Below, piece after piece: positions 47,961 through 61,159 of a stretch of DNA of 64,000 nt (within the stretch, counting starts at the first letter, position 1; each line of letters starts with the position of its first letter). Source of the stretch: Negaprion brevirostris (lineage: Eukaryota); the NCBI GenBank assembly GCA_030324005.1, contig JARDVH010000059.1:74968308-75032307 (forward strand), written 5' to 3'. The notes under the pieces were generated by a model. It was not told the DNA's origin, ran no database searches, and was given only the letters and a program-made list of their open reading frames with translations. The position numbers and the translations under genes were made by a program.

Positions 47961-50946
47961 AAATGCATGTAAAAAAAAGCATGACAAATAGACAATTTAT
48001 TTTGTTAAAATACAGGCACTGTCAGTCCTTCAACAACCTTCTACACAAACCAAGATATTAAGTCTTGGTGGTTATTACTGTAAGATCATTAAAATCATGC
48101 CAATACACGTTGAGCATAAACACTCACAAATCAACACTTCCAAGGGTCACTGCACCGTCATCATGAACGGTTCTAGGCTTGACACGTCTGTGATGCGCTC
48201 ACAGTCAAATATACGGTAGACTGGGGTCTCCCACATCGGTGCTTGCCAGCTCATGTTTTTCCAGTAATTCACTTTAATGGCAGAAAATTACAGACTGGAA
48301 AATGCTCAAGTGGAGCATCTAGCCTTACTGTCTAGGTTCACACATGGAGAATGATGATTTGGGTAAACTGTCAGAGAGTTGAACATGACCATGCCAATTT
48401 CAGGGGGAATATCTTTTTTTGTCTATCCTCATAAAAGTGACATTGTCACTACTTTGACCATTTCTATTCTGCAACAAACTCCTGCAATATGGCAAACACT
48501 TCTGTCATCTAGCAGGAGGCAGCAGGAGGCGAGTGCTATAACCGCTTTGCGTCACCACTAATGGCTACCAGAGAAAAACCACAGAGACAATTTCCCACTA
48601 CGTGTCCGAAAAGAAATTTTAAAGAATATGAAAAAAATATTGTTTGCATCTCTGTACTCAGTGGGTCGAGGCATGGGTAGTCTTTTAGGAAAAATAAATC
48701 ATTAACGTGTGAGCATTGCAATTTAGGTAAAATCTAAATATTGCAAATCAACAGTTAAATAAGTCCACCGGTACTAATATGTTAGGAGTAAGGCTAGCAG
48801 CTCCCAGACAAATGTATGATTATCTGGCTTCACCTTAGAACGAAGGCTGTTGTGTTATTGTATTAGAATAACAGATTTTATCAGAAAGAACAAGTAAACA
48901 TTGCCTTTTTTACATGCCAAACAAAAGCTTAACTACCAAATAATTGGTAGCCTTCAAAAATAAATATATTTTTAAAAGCAGGATTTTCATTCACTTAATC
49001 TTGGCAAGTCAATACAATATCTGAACTTCACTACTTCAGCGTGGTTGTTAACTCTTGAATTTTATTCGCTGAGATAACTAATGCAACTACCAAAAATTGT
49101 TCTCCCAAATAGCCTGCAAAGTTTTTTTTTTAATTATTAGAGTGCATGTTTGCTAATTGTGCTGAATAGAAGGACAAGGGCAGCAGATGCATGGAAACAC
49201 CACCATCAGTCTGACTTGGAACTATATGCCGTTATTTCACTTATCACTGGGTCAAAATCCTGGAACTCGCTTTCTAACAGCACCATGGGTGTACCCAAGC
49301 CACAGCTGGTCAAGAAGGTGGCTCACCATTATCTCCTCAAGGGCAATAAGGGATGGAGAATGCTGGCCAAGCCAGTGACATCCACATCCCAAGAAACAAT
49401 TTTTTAAAATGTCATCACATTGTTCCTTTGAATCCTTTTGCAATATTCCGATGATAATCATTCCATCATTAATGGAAAGCTATTTCCTAAAATTCTGCTG
49501 TACACCATCTCTGGAAAAATCCACTGATGACATTTCAATAATATTCACAATATTGCCTTTACTCATAAGAAATAATAGGTTGTTGCAAGAAGAAATTCAG
49601 GTTAACTGAAAGGAGTTCATACAACTCCCAGAAGTCAGCCAGTAACCCAGACCATCGCTACTGGGAAACCAAGAACCAAGTTAATAGTTGTGATTTTTCA
49701 CAAGGCTGAACAACATTGCTTGTTCAACCAATATCACAGCTTAAGTTTTCCAATCAGGTCATCTGTTTGCCAGATTTAGGTGGCAGCTCATTTCCTACAA
49801 ATTGTTTGTCTTTTATCTTTCCTTTTGCTTGTCCAGTAGCCTTAAATATGCTTGTCTAACTTCTCATTTATTTGCCTAACCGTATGTGTAACTGGTAATC
49901 TTTAGGAAGCCGTTTTAATTTCTGAATCAATAGAACAGTCTATTCAACCATAATTCATATCTTGCCCACTGCACATTTTAAAAAAACATTCTACCATAGT
50001 GGATGATGAATTAAGTCTTACACAAACAAGTCATTTTGCATGGTTCCTTTCTTGGTATGGAACCTCAGAAGATGTATCCAAGAGTCAGAGATTAGCTTTC
50101 ATCAAGGGGGTTGGTAATTACATGGTGATAAAATACTGCAAGGGAAGAAGAGGGACTAAAGCAAGTCACAAAAATAGATCCCAGTGGTGACTGCAATATT
50201 ATCATTCTACTAAAGTTTGGATATGGAATTGGCATGTAACAGGACTATTTGGATCATCAGAAATTGCACTTATTTTAAGCTGAGAATTTTGTCATTGGAT
50301 CACTTTTATCTCTGGATAAAGCTTCGCTCTATGGCAACAATCAGAATTTCAGTACATCAGCATTTTCTGAAAAATAATATTTCCTTCTCCCCTCAATACC
50401 ACTGACAAGTGTCTTGCTAATTGATCAGACCAGCCTCTCCCCTCAATAATTTAGACTTGGGTTTTTTTTCCAATAACCATCACTCCACAGGTCTCTGCCA
50501 CCAGTGCAAGGGATCATCACATCTACAAACTGTAAGCAGGAATTCATTGCCTCGCAAGAATTCTTGTTCATGGTATGCAGCAGCTGGACTAGTATCAAGC
50601 AGCATTGATAGCAAAGGGAAGGGTAAAGTGCAATGGATAGCAATGAACAAGTAAAGAAAGGAGGAAGCAATGACAATGAAGAGAAGGCAAAGGGGAAAAT
50701 GATTATGAAGAGGAGAAGGAAATGCAAAATGGATGACAAAAAAGGAACAACAAGGAAGAAATGAAAGGGGCAAGGAAAGACCAGATGCTGGAAGCAGTGC
50801 TTCCTGGTGGGTTAATGTCCAAAAGGTTTATTTGGAAACCCGGGCAATTGGGACTAGGTTTGGGGTTTAAAAGAAAGCAGTGTGGACAAGTTGGGCCGAA
50901 GGGTTTGTTTCCATGCTATAAACCTCTGTGACTCCATGACTCTATG

Positions 50947-51143
50947 ATTCGCATTCCAACCGTTATCTTGTAATTGAGTTTGTGTCTATATGTGCCCTAT
51001 TTGTGAAACAAATCCTGCACTTACCTGATGAAGGAGTATCACTCCAAAAGCTTGTGCTGCTAAATAAACTTGTTGGACTTTAACCTGGTGTTGTGAGACT
51101 ACTTACTGTGCTTACCCCAGTCCAACGCTGGCATCTCCACATC
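50947..51143 (+). mobile_element. Penelope-type pseudo-LTR with degenerate minimal hammerhead motif
   Basis: TAC-CTGATGA-aGGAGTatcACTCC-AAAAGCTTGTG at 51022-51056, followed by aataaacttgttggactttaacctggtgttgtgag. Confidence 0.65.
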
Positions 51144-51411
51144 TTGGTGGTAGAAGGAAATGGTCAGTGGCATAACGCTGCGGAGCACTGCTCCAGCACT
51201 TCTTATTTAAAGCAGACTTGTCCAACTTAATGCAGCCCATCTTGGACATTCAAGAGAATTATATTTAAATATAGCTGCTCATCCAACAACAGGTTGATTT
51301 CTCCCTGCATTTAAAATATATTTCTGCGTTTGCAATTAATACAGAGAGAAACCAGTCTGTGATTGCATGAGCAGCAAAGAGTGGGAAGGTAAGTATTGAA
51401 GGTTACTTCCA

Positions 51412-51560
51412 AGGTCCAGGAAAGGCAGCTGGGGCAAGCAGGTCCAGGAAAGGCAGCTGGGGCAAGCAGGTCCAGGAAAGGCAGTTGGGACAGTGGGGTC
51501 CAGCCAAGGCAGCTGGGGCAGTTGGGTCTAGGCAAGGCAGCTGGAGCAGTAGGGCCCAGC
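51412..51560. repeat. Degenerating tandem repeat, ~28-bp unit (AGGTCCAGGAAAGGCAGCTGGGGCAAGC)
   Basis: Two perfect units followed by 3-4 progressively diverged units. Confidence 0.85.
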
Positions 51561-52179
51561 AGCATGTGAGTTACTGGAGAGTGTGCTTGAGAAAAAGGTG
51601 AAGGGGTGCAAAAAGAACGAGTGTGAGTCATTGGGAGAGCAAGTGTGAAGGGTTGGGGAGGGTGAGTGCGAAGAAATTGGGGAGAGTGAGTGCGAGGAAG
51701 TGGGGGACAGAGTGTGCATGGGGTGGGGGAAGAGACAGTGTACGGGGGGGAGGGGACAGAGAGGAAGAAGAGTAGTTCGCAATTCCTCGGCTGTGAGGCC
51801 CTGAGGACGTAAAATGTAGTATCATGTTTTTATAAACTGCTGACAGCTTTACGTGGTATTTACAGCATAGAAACAGGCCATTTGGCCAATCTCATCTAAA
51901 TTGGTGTTTATAATCCTTTCTCCCATTCTTCTTGATCATACTATCAGGGTAATCTTCAGTTTCTTTCTTCCTCGTGTTTATCAAGTTCATTGAAAGTATC
52001 TGTAATCGGATGATGCTTACAGAAGGAAGCCATTCAGCACAAGAGTGGAATTTACCCAAAAGCTCACAGAGTTTCAGGTTCAGACAAAACTGGTGTGTTT
52101 CTCTCCACATAAACAGCTGAGTTTTCACTCCAGATTTTCTGGCACTCTTGCAACTAAGATACCACTATTGAGTGTACTC

Positions 52180-54260
52180 TAAGGGCCACTAACTAGTGGA
52201 AAAGATATAGAGGAAATCACAATTAACTTATAGAGAATTTCAAAATCTATAATGATAATGGGGGACTTCAATTATTCTAGTACAGAGTGGGATAATAACG
52301 CAGTACAGAGAAGGGAAAAGTTTCTGAAGTGTATTCTAGAGAATTTTCCTAGATCTGTATAGTTCTGGTCCAATTATGATGGAGGCATTGCTGGATCTTG
52401 TTCATGGAATGGGGTAAACCAAATGTCAGTAGGGGAGTATTTAGGGGAGTGTGATGATAGTATCATAAGTTTTAGTTAGCTAAAGGAAAGGATGGGGAGA
52501 AATCCAAAATAAAAATAACTAACTGGGGAGAACCAAGTTGAGTGAGGTGAGAATTGACCTGACCGAGGTAAATTGAAATCAAGATTGGCAGGCAAAATTG
52601 TAACAAACCAATTCACTGCATATCAAAGAGTGAAGGCTCAATCCAGCCAAATTTCTGGTTAATGGTAACGCTCAGAATGTTGATGATGGGAGATTCAGCA
52701 ACGGCAATACCAATTGAACGTCAAGGGAAGATAATTAGTTTTCCTTGTTGGAAATTATCATTGTCTGTGCCATGAATTGTCACTTACCAATTCAAAGCTG
52801 ACTATTGTTCAAGACTTACTGCACTCAGGCAGTACAGTTTCTGAGGAATCGTGAATGGTGCTGGACACTGTACAATGATTAGCAAACATCCCCACTTCTG
52901 ACCCCATGATGGAGAAAAGGTCATTGATGAAAGAGCTGAAGATAGTTGGGTCAAGGACATTACCCTAAGGAACTACTGCAGTAATGTTTTGGAACTGAGA
53001 TGATTAACTTCCAACAACCACAACCATCTTCTTTTGTGCCAGATATGACTCCAACCATTGTAGAATTTTCCACTTGGCTCCCATTGACGTGAATTTCACT
53101 AAGGCTCCTTGGGAGTCTTGATGCCAAAGGCAAGGAGAATTTCAAAAAGTGCTGACAATGTGAATTTTGGAAGTGTTGCCAACTGTGAGAAGGATAATGA
53201 TAGAATTCAAGTGGACAGAGGTAGGCTGATGGCACGTGCAAACATGTAACAGAAGAAATTTAGTGCACTGAAATGGGAAGTGATACATTTTGCTAGGAAG
53301 AATGAGGATAGGCAATATAAAATAAAGGAAACAATTCTAAAAGGGTGCAAGGGCAGAGTGAGGGACGAGGGATATATGTGCACAAATTATTAAAGATAGC
53401 AGGATAAGTGGAAAAAATATTTAATGAGGCAAATAGAACGCTGGGCAGTTGCTGCTAGTTAAATTAAATTAAATGAATAAATTTGGAATTGAAAACTTGT
53501 TGAAATAATGGCGATCATGAAATGATCAGATTCCTGTAAAATCCACCCGATTCACTAACATCCTTGAGAGAAGGAAATCTGCTGTTCATCCCAAACTCGC
53601 ACCAATGTGGGATGGCTCTTATCTACTCTCTTAGAGATGGGCAAAAACTTTCGGCCTTGCCAATAATGTTCACACCCCACGAAAGAATAAAATTAAATAC
53701 AGGAAAATGGCTTTATAAGTGGGGCATGGAATACAAAAACAAGAAGGTTATGGTGAACATTTATAAAACATGGGATTGGCCTTAGCTAGAATTTTGCATC
53801 CAGGAATAATATGCAGGGATGGAGAGGGTGTGGAAAAGTCTACAAGAATGGTTCCAGGGATGCAGACTTCATTCACAGGGTTTAATTGGAAAAGTTGGAA
53901 ATATTCTCCTTACAGAAGGAAAGGAGATTTGATTGAGTTGTTCAAAGTCATATGGGATCTGGACATGGTAGACAAAGAGAAATTGTTCCCATTGGCAGAA
54001 GAATCTAGAATCAGAGGACAAAAGGTGGCTTGAGAAATAAACATTTTTATGCTGCAAGTGGTTAGGATCTAGAATGCAGTGCCAGAGCGTGTGAAGGAGG
54101 TAGTTTCAATTGTGGCTTTCAAAAAGGGAATTTGATAACTATGTGAAGAGAAGCAATTGCAGGAAAGAGCAGATGAATGAGACCAGATATGTCATTTTTG
54201 AAGATAACCGGTGTGGAAATGAATGGCCTCCTGCTGTGCTGCAACCATCTCATGATTCAA
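52180..54260. mobile_element. Cluster of CR1 LINE fragments in both orientations, with SINE inserts
   Basis: IMGDFNY endonuclease motif (52255), antisense RT piece (52620-53100), GDLIELFKVI and 3' tail (53920-54260). Confidence 0.7.
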
Positions 54261-55179
54261 AATGCCATTATATTGTTTTTATTCTTTAATGGGATGTGGG
54301 CATTGATTATAAAACCAGTATTTGTAGCACATTCTGAACTGCTGTTGTCTGATGGCTTGCTAAGCCATTTCAGAAGGTTAAGAGTAAACACATTGCTGTG
54401 GGTCTGGAGTCACAAGTAGGCCAAACTGGGTGAGGATGGCAGATTTCCTTTCTAAAGGACATTAGTGAACTTGATGGGTTTTTAGGATCATAAATGATAG
54501 TTTAATGGTCACATTACTAAGACAAGCCTTCAGTTCCAGATAAATTCATGAATTCAATTTATTAATTATTTGAATTTAAATTCCACCAGCTAACATAGTA
54601 GGATTTGAACCTCTGTCCCCAAAACCATTAACCTGGCCCTGCAGAATAACAATCCAAAGACATTACCATTACCCCACCAGCTTCCTTGAGATTCTTGATG
54701 GAAGGTTATGGACTTTCCCTCTATTTTGACAGATGAATGTTTAGCAGGGAGACCAATTGTTCACCCTTTGGGTTGGTGTCATCTTAAATGTAGTATTAAA
54801 CCAAATCTCAATTTGCAAATTTGATTACAAATAATCAACATGATGTCAATGTTGGAGGGGTAGGTGAAGATATTGGCTTTGCAGCATCTTCTCTTGTCCT
54901 ATAGGGACTGGACTCTTCTCCTCAAATTTTGAGATTGCATGATGACAGAGACTTCTCCACTTGGATTTGTCCAGGGATGTTCTTCTCATGCAGTGTCCAA
55001 CTTTCAGTTCTCAGTTTGGCTTTCTTGTCATCTGTGTGCCTGAGTTTGAGATGCCCTGTGGTGTGAATTCCTGTGTTTGGTTCGCTGTAGTGGACAGTGA
55101 AAATATCCAAGCAGCAGCAATTAACTATTTAAGATTGTCCAGATCATTCTGTTTCATTTAAGTCTACCAGGCAGTGGTC

Positions 55180-55992
55180 TGCACCCAGCATTCTCAAGGC
55201 CCTATGGGAAAAGGAAATGGTGAATCCTGTCCAATGGTTCCCTAGCAGACAGTCAAAGTCATTTGGCAGAACACCTCATCACCAGAACTTTCAAACAAGC
55301 ACCAAGACCTAGCTTGCCTTGCAGTGAGAAAGGCCCTCCTTGTCAGACCCTTTCTACACGCTTAGAGTCTCACCCCATCTGCATATTGCCCTCGAGGTGG
55401 CTGTGGTTGGGAAGAGATCACTGTCTGCCTCCATGTGGAATGTACCTTTGCAAAGAAGGTCTAGAGAGAGGTGAGATGGATTTTGCTGAGGTTCATGAGC
55501 AGCTCCATGATGCAAGACTCTGTGCTCCAGGGATGCGCCCTGAGACTTCAGCTGTGGCTGGAGGTTCATCAACTCAGTGAAAGACATTCTTTGGTCTTCC
55601 CGAAACCTGTGGGTCTTCCAGTGTAAGAAGTTATACCTGACTAAGTGCAGCAGACTGGCACATTTCAAAGCCAAGACTATTTGCAAAGGGACACACTAAA
55701 GATTAGGGCAGCCACTGTTGAGGTGCAATGAGGGAAAGTTGCTATCCAAGATCTTCCAGCCACAGTGATCTGAGGAGAAAGGAATGGCATAGGAGCCCCT
55801 TGGGTAGTCTGACTTGCATTGCATGTATATGGTAAATATTATATGTATCTCAACAGTATTGAAGTTTCTCAGAGTGCAGCATGATCCACGTCGAAAATCT
55901 GAATATTATTGCACTGTGCATGATGGCTATTTTGAAATGTTCATAATGTTCTTTCAGATATTTTGCAAATAAAGTATATTTTTGCCAAAAAG
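55180..55992 (+). mobile_element. Tx1/L1-clade LINE 3' fragment
   Basis: C-terminal CCHC-like region (ICP..GCG.EE..HL..EC.FA), INSVKDILWSSRNL, 3' end AATAAAGTATATTTTT plus short A tail. Confidence 0.65.
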
Positions 55993-58900
55993 GCCTTGTC
56001 AAGACAGTTGTTACGTCAAGTACGGATATTAGGTGAAAAGGAACTTGCTACAATATACATTCTGGCAAACATGTATGTGATATAACTCACAAAGTGAAGG
56101 TTCACAAATATCAGGGACCCACCCTTTAAAATCCTAACATATGGAGCAGGTGAAAGTCCAACACCTACAGAGGCCAAGTTTGATTATCTTATGTCTGCAA
56201 GAAACTAATTGCACAAGTATCTGTTGTATAACAATAACAGTTATCATACCATTGAAGTCTGAGTAAGAAACTTCCAATTGGACAACACACCCGAGCCTGA
56301 ATCATGAAGAATAATTTAACTGCGCTTAAAAGATTTCCTAACAAAGTGAGTAAGTGTGATCAGGTAAAGACTCAATGTCAATACACTCTGAGCAAATAGC
56401 TGGGAAACACTCACTGCCTGGGATTCGACAGGAAGGATGGGTCACCTGAATAAAGCACAAGGCAAGAACTCGATCAATGTCATTTGAAGAGTGAGGTGGG
56501 GAGGGAGAAGAGAAACCAGGTAAGGTTGAATTGAAAGGATACAACGAAAGTGAAATTTCATATCCGAATGTAAGGAGAGATTTTGGTTCCCACCATAAAA
56601 ATTAGTTCCCATTCTCTCCTGCTCGGAAACTGCTGGTTCTACTTGCTGCAAAGTGAGGCAAAAATCATAACTCAAACAATGCCTGACTTGGATTATCCAA
56701 TAACTGAGCTTGAATAAAGAGAGATAAAGAATTCCAGCCTTTTAAAGGACAGAGATCATAGCGTTTCGGCAGTCTATAGTAATAAGATTTTATGACGTAT
56801 AAAGTGTTCAACTCCGAATCGATGTGAAACAGTATCAAGCTGCAGCTTGACTGGGTTTAACTGTGCCATTATTGTGCAGTGTACCGTGGCACCTTGTTCC
56901 CATTCCTTGCGTGTGTTTTTGTAAGACTTTATTGTTAAAAATGTTATTTTGCAAGAAAAAGACTTTTTCCTGATACACCAGGGAACCTTATAGCAGTTGT
57001 TAAAAGATCAAACAGTCGTCAAAATTCACCTGACTAACATCCTTGCGAAACTCGACCAATTAAAAAGCAACCGATAATCATTTAAAAGGGGGCTAATTTT
57101 TTGCCCAAGATCATTCTGAATCCTCTTGTACTACAGTGCCTGCTTTCTCCCCTTTGAAGATTGCAGACATTGACAGCTTCTACATCTGCAATGAATGTGT
57201 TTAATCCTCTCCAGTGAGTATCCATTACTGCCCACAATCCCGTGATCCCTGCCGGATAAAGTGTCCACTTCATGCTGAACAATGGGCTGAGGTCGAGTCA
57301 TTTTGGTTTGTCATGGAGACAGGAGATCGTAAATATAAGAAAAGCTGCTCGCCTGGACAGCATGGGGCATCTGGTTGCGAGATGTCGCAGGGGCCGTTGT
57401 TATTGTCTCATTTTGCAAGAGTCGCATGACCTGCTCGACCTGCACTCCCCAAACATATTTTCTGTCAAAACACAGCGGAGACTCAACAAACAGAAAGCCC
57501 TTTCTTATTTAATGGAGTGAAAATGGCTNNNNNNNNNNNNNNNNNNNNNNNNNNNNNNNNNNNNNNNNNNNNNNNNNNNNNNNNNNNNNNNNNNNNNNNN
57601 NNNNNNNNNNNNNNNNNNNNNNNNNNNNGACTCGATGGTCAACTGCTTCTGATCACCATCACAAATGGGGCTTTAGTCTTTCTCAGGGTGACAGGCCTGG
57701 AGCTGGGTTTTTTGCTTTGTTGTTTTCCTGTGTGTGTATTTTTGTTTGTGTTTGGCTTGAGACAGGAGGAGATCTCCGGCTTTCCCACGCTTGGCCTTGC
57801 AACTCCTTGCTTTTTTTTTGTTATCATTCACATCACTTCTTGTAATGAACTCAGGCTCTTATCTGCCCAGGATACGGGTGTCCTCACAGAATTAGATTAG
57901 CAATCCTGTTAAAGTCATTCAAAACTGAAATGGGGAGAAGTCAGTCTGCTATACAAAATGATTGAAAGCTCTGTTTTCCCTCCTCCGCCTCCGCTACAAC
58001 CACCACACATTCCTGCTCAAGCCAGTCCATGCCAAAGTGGCACTCTTCAAATAAAATATTCTTGGGATGTGGGTGAAGCTGGATAGGCAGCATTTACTGC
58101 CCATCCCTAGCTGCTCTGAGCCCACTACAAAGTCTAAAGTCAAACAGACTGTGCAGGGGCAACAGATTTCATTCTCTGAAAGACATTACTGAACTAGTGG
58201 GGTTTTTTAGGATAGTCCAGCAGCTTTCACGGTCATTTTCTCTTTGGTGCCGGTCCACAAATTACCAGATTTCTTTTAGCTCAATTTCACAAACTTGTCC
58301 TAGTGGGTATTGAATTTAGTATTATAATCACGAGATTACTTTGTGAAGATTCTCATTCAAGAATGTAACAAAAAGTTTTTTTTAATAGTAATCCTAATTT
58401 ATTGCAGACCTAGATCACCATGGTATCTGTAATTGGAACTGCAGGAACTGTTTCAGCAGTTTTTAATAATAACTTCTCTAGGATTTGTAGTCTCAAAGAA
58501 ACAGATTTAAAAAGGATACATACTGTCAAAAACACACCAAAGAACATCTGATCTATTTCCACTGTTCACGTTTTACAATTATTCGACCTGATATTGTTTG
58601 AAATAACATTAACAATTTACACTCAGATCTATAGAAATTGGTCAGATCTGTAGATTATGACAAATAAGGACTAGTACAATAAAGGCTACAATCAGGAAAT
58701 GTAAAATGAATTGGACAAAATGAGTAAAGGGCTAAGCAATGGCAAATTAAATTTAATAAAGTACTGCAGATAATGGAAAAAAATGGACAATAATCTTCAT
58801 GAATAGTGTCTTCTGATTCACATTTGTTCAAAATAAACACACTCTAGACTCAAAAATGCTGGAGCCTCACTGAGTGCATTTCTTGCAGATTTCCATGTGA

Positions 58901-60053
58901 CTGGTGCATTGATAGACTGATGCCTTATTACTCAGACTGCAGTGTATCAGTGAATGTGATACCCCAGAATATATATTCACATAACAATTAGTTCTGGCTT
59001 TTAACAAATAACATAATGGAACTGTAAAATAACCAAGGAAGAAACTGAAAGAGATTTGTGAGTTACAGTAGACTTGGCACTTAACATGCAGAGCAGCAAT
59101 CAGTAAAGCTAACAGACGGCTGAGCTAGACAGTCAAAATCATAATTACACATCTGAGGAAAACATGCCCAAATACTTTGTACGATGGTCAGGTCACACTT
59201 TGTGTTCTTTGTGTAGTAGATCTGTAGATGGTTCTGTAAATAGCAATGACACAGATCCTGATTGTCACATGCTAATAATCTGTGATCTTTTAACGGTATA
59301 AAAGACATTGAAAAAGTAGACCTAGAAGACTACTTCAAACTAAAACAATATTCTAGCACAATGAGTAAAACAAAGAAAAACAAATTTGGGGCATTTNNNN
59401 NNNNNNNNNNNNNNNNNNNNNNNNNNNNNNNNNNNNNNNNNNNNNNNNNNNNNNNNNNNNNNNNNNNNNNNNNNNNNNNNNNNNNNNNNNNNNNNNNNNN
59501 NNNNNNNNNNNNNNNNNNNNNNNNNNNNNNNNNNNNNNNNNNNNNNNNNNNNNNNNNNNNNNNNNNNNNNNNNNNNNNNNNNNNNNNNNNNNNNNNNNNN
59601 NNNNNNNNNNNNNNNNNNNNNNNNNNNNNNNNNNNNNNNNNNNNNNNNNNNNNNNNNNNNNNNNNNNNNNNNNNNNNNNNNNNNNNNNNNNNNNNNNNNN
59701 NNNNNNNNNNNNNNNNNNNNNNNNNNNNNNNNNNNNNNNNNNNNNNNNNNNNNNNNNNNNNNNNNNNNNNNNNNNNNNNNNNNNNNNNNNNNNNNNNNNN
59801 NNNNNNNNNNNNNNNNNNNNNNNNNNNNNNNNNNNNNNNNNNNNNNNNNNNNNNNNNNNNNNNNNNNNNNNNNNNNNNNNNNNNNNNNNNNNNNNNNNNN
59901 NNNNNNNNNNNNNNNNNNNNNNNNNNNNNNNNNNNNNNNNNNNNNNNNNNNNNNNNNNNNNNNNNNNNNNNNNNNNNNNNNNNNNNNNNNNNNNNNNNNN
60001 NNNNNNNNNNNNNNNNNNNNNNNNNNNNNNNNNNNNNNNNNNNNNNNNNNNNN

Positions 60054-60133
60054 ACAACACCAGGTTAAAGTCCAACAGGTTTATTTGGTAGCACAAGCCA
60101 CTAGCTTTCAGAGCACTGCCCCTTCATCAGCTG
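60054..60133 (-). mobile_element. Penelope-type pseudo-LTR with minimal hammerhead core
   Basis: Minus strand CTGATGA-aGGGGCagtGCTCT-GAAAGCTAGTG; truncated by an assembly gap. Confidence 0.65.
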
Positions 60134-60302
60134 AATGGGAGTTCCAACAAAACCCATGGAATTCAGGAAAAACATTAAATACAAAATACATAAAACTTTG
60201 GCAATGAAGCCACAATAAACTTGTTGCTGGGGAAGACAATACTTCTTATAGATGGAATCCTGTGAGGTTTTGCACATGACAGCTCAGGCTTAGAATTTTT
60301 TT

Positions 60303-60595
60303 AACGTTTATTTATTAGTGTCACAAGTAGGCTTACATTGACACTACATTGAAGTTACTGTGAAAACCTTCTAGTCACCACACTCAGGTGCTTGTTCGGT
60401 CCACTGAGGGAGAATTTAGCATGGCCAATGCACCTAATCAGTATGTCTTATGGTCTGTGGGATGAAACTGGAGCACCCGGAGGAAACCCACACAGACACG
60501 GGGGCAACGTGCAAACTCCACACAGACAGTGACCCAAGCCATGAATTGAACCCAAGTCCCTGGCAGTGCTAACTACTGTGGCTACCATGCCACCC
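60303..60595 (-). mobile_element. HE1-type SINE (tail type B)
   Basis: Same family consensus. Confidence 0.85.
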
Positions 60596-61159
60596 TGTAC
60601 CATACTATTACATACAATAACTTCATAACATTCTCACTGTGACACCTGTTAACAGGTGCAGTTCTGTCAGATGCTGTAGCTTTCTATTCAAGTGGCATGT
60701 TAGTACCGAGGAATGAGCTGCCACATTTCAGCCTGACTAAACACAAATGCATGTGTTACACCTCAGAACAACTGGGCAGTTAGCCACAAACAGAGTTTGA
60801 TATCAGTCATAGTCAACTGATACTAAGCTAAATTATCTCACACTGGGTTTCAAACCCTCACAACAACTAAAGGGCAGAAGGATGGCGGAGGAGGTGAATA
60901 GTGGTAGAAAAATAGGAGGGTGTGTTTTAAAGCTAGATGCAACAGTTTGTGGAAGGTTACTCATCATATTCTATTTTGACTTGAGAATGTTTCTAATGAG
61001 CCTCTTGTGTGGCACCTTATCAAGTGCCTTCTGAAAAGCTACTGACACTCCTATCAGCTATCTAAACATGGGGTTTTACAACCTTGCTCAGGCAAAGTCA
61101 TGTGCTCAATTTATATGTATCAATATAAAATTCAAAGTGTAATTAATCCATTTAGTTTG

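Noticed and set aside
59353-60207. The longest ORFs in the track (235-273 aa)
   Set aside because: Composed almost entirely of N-gap codons
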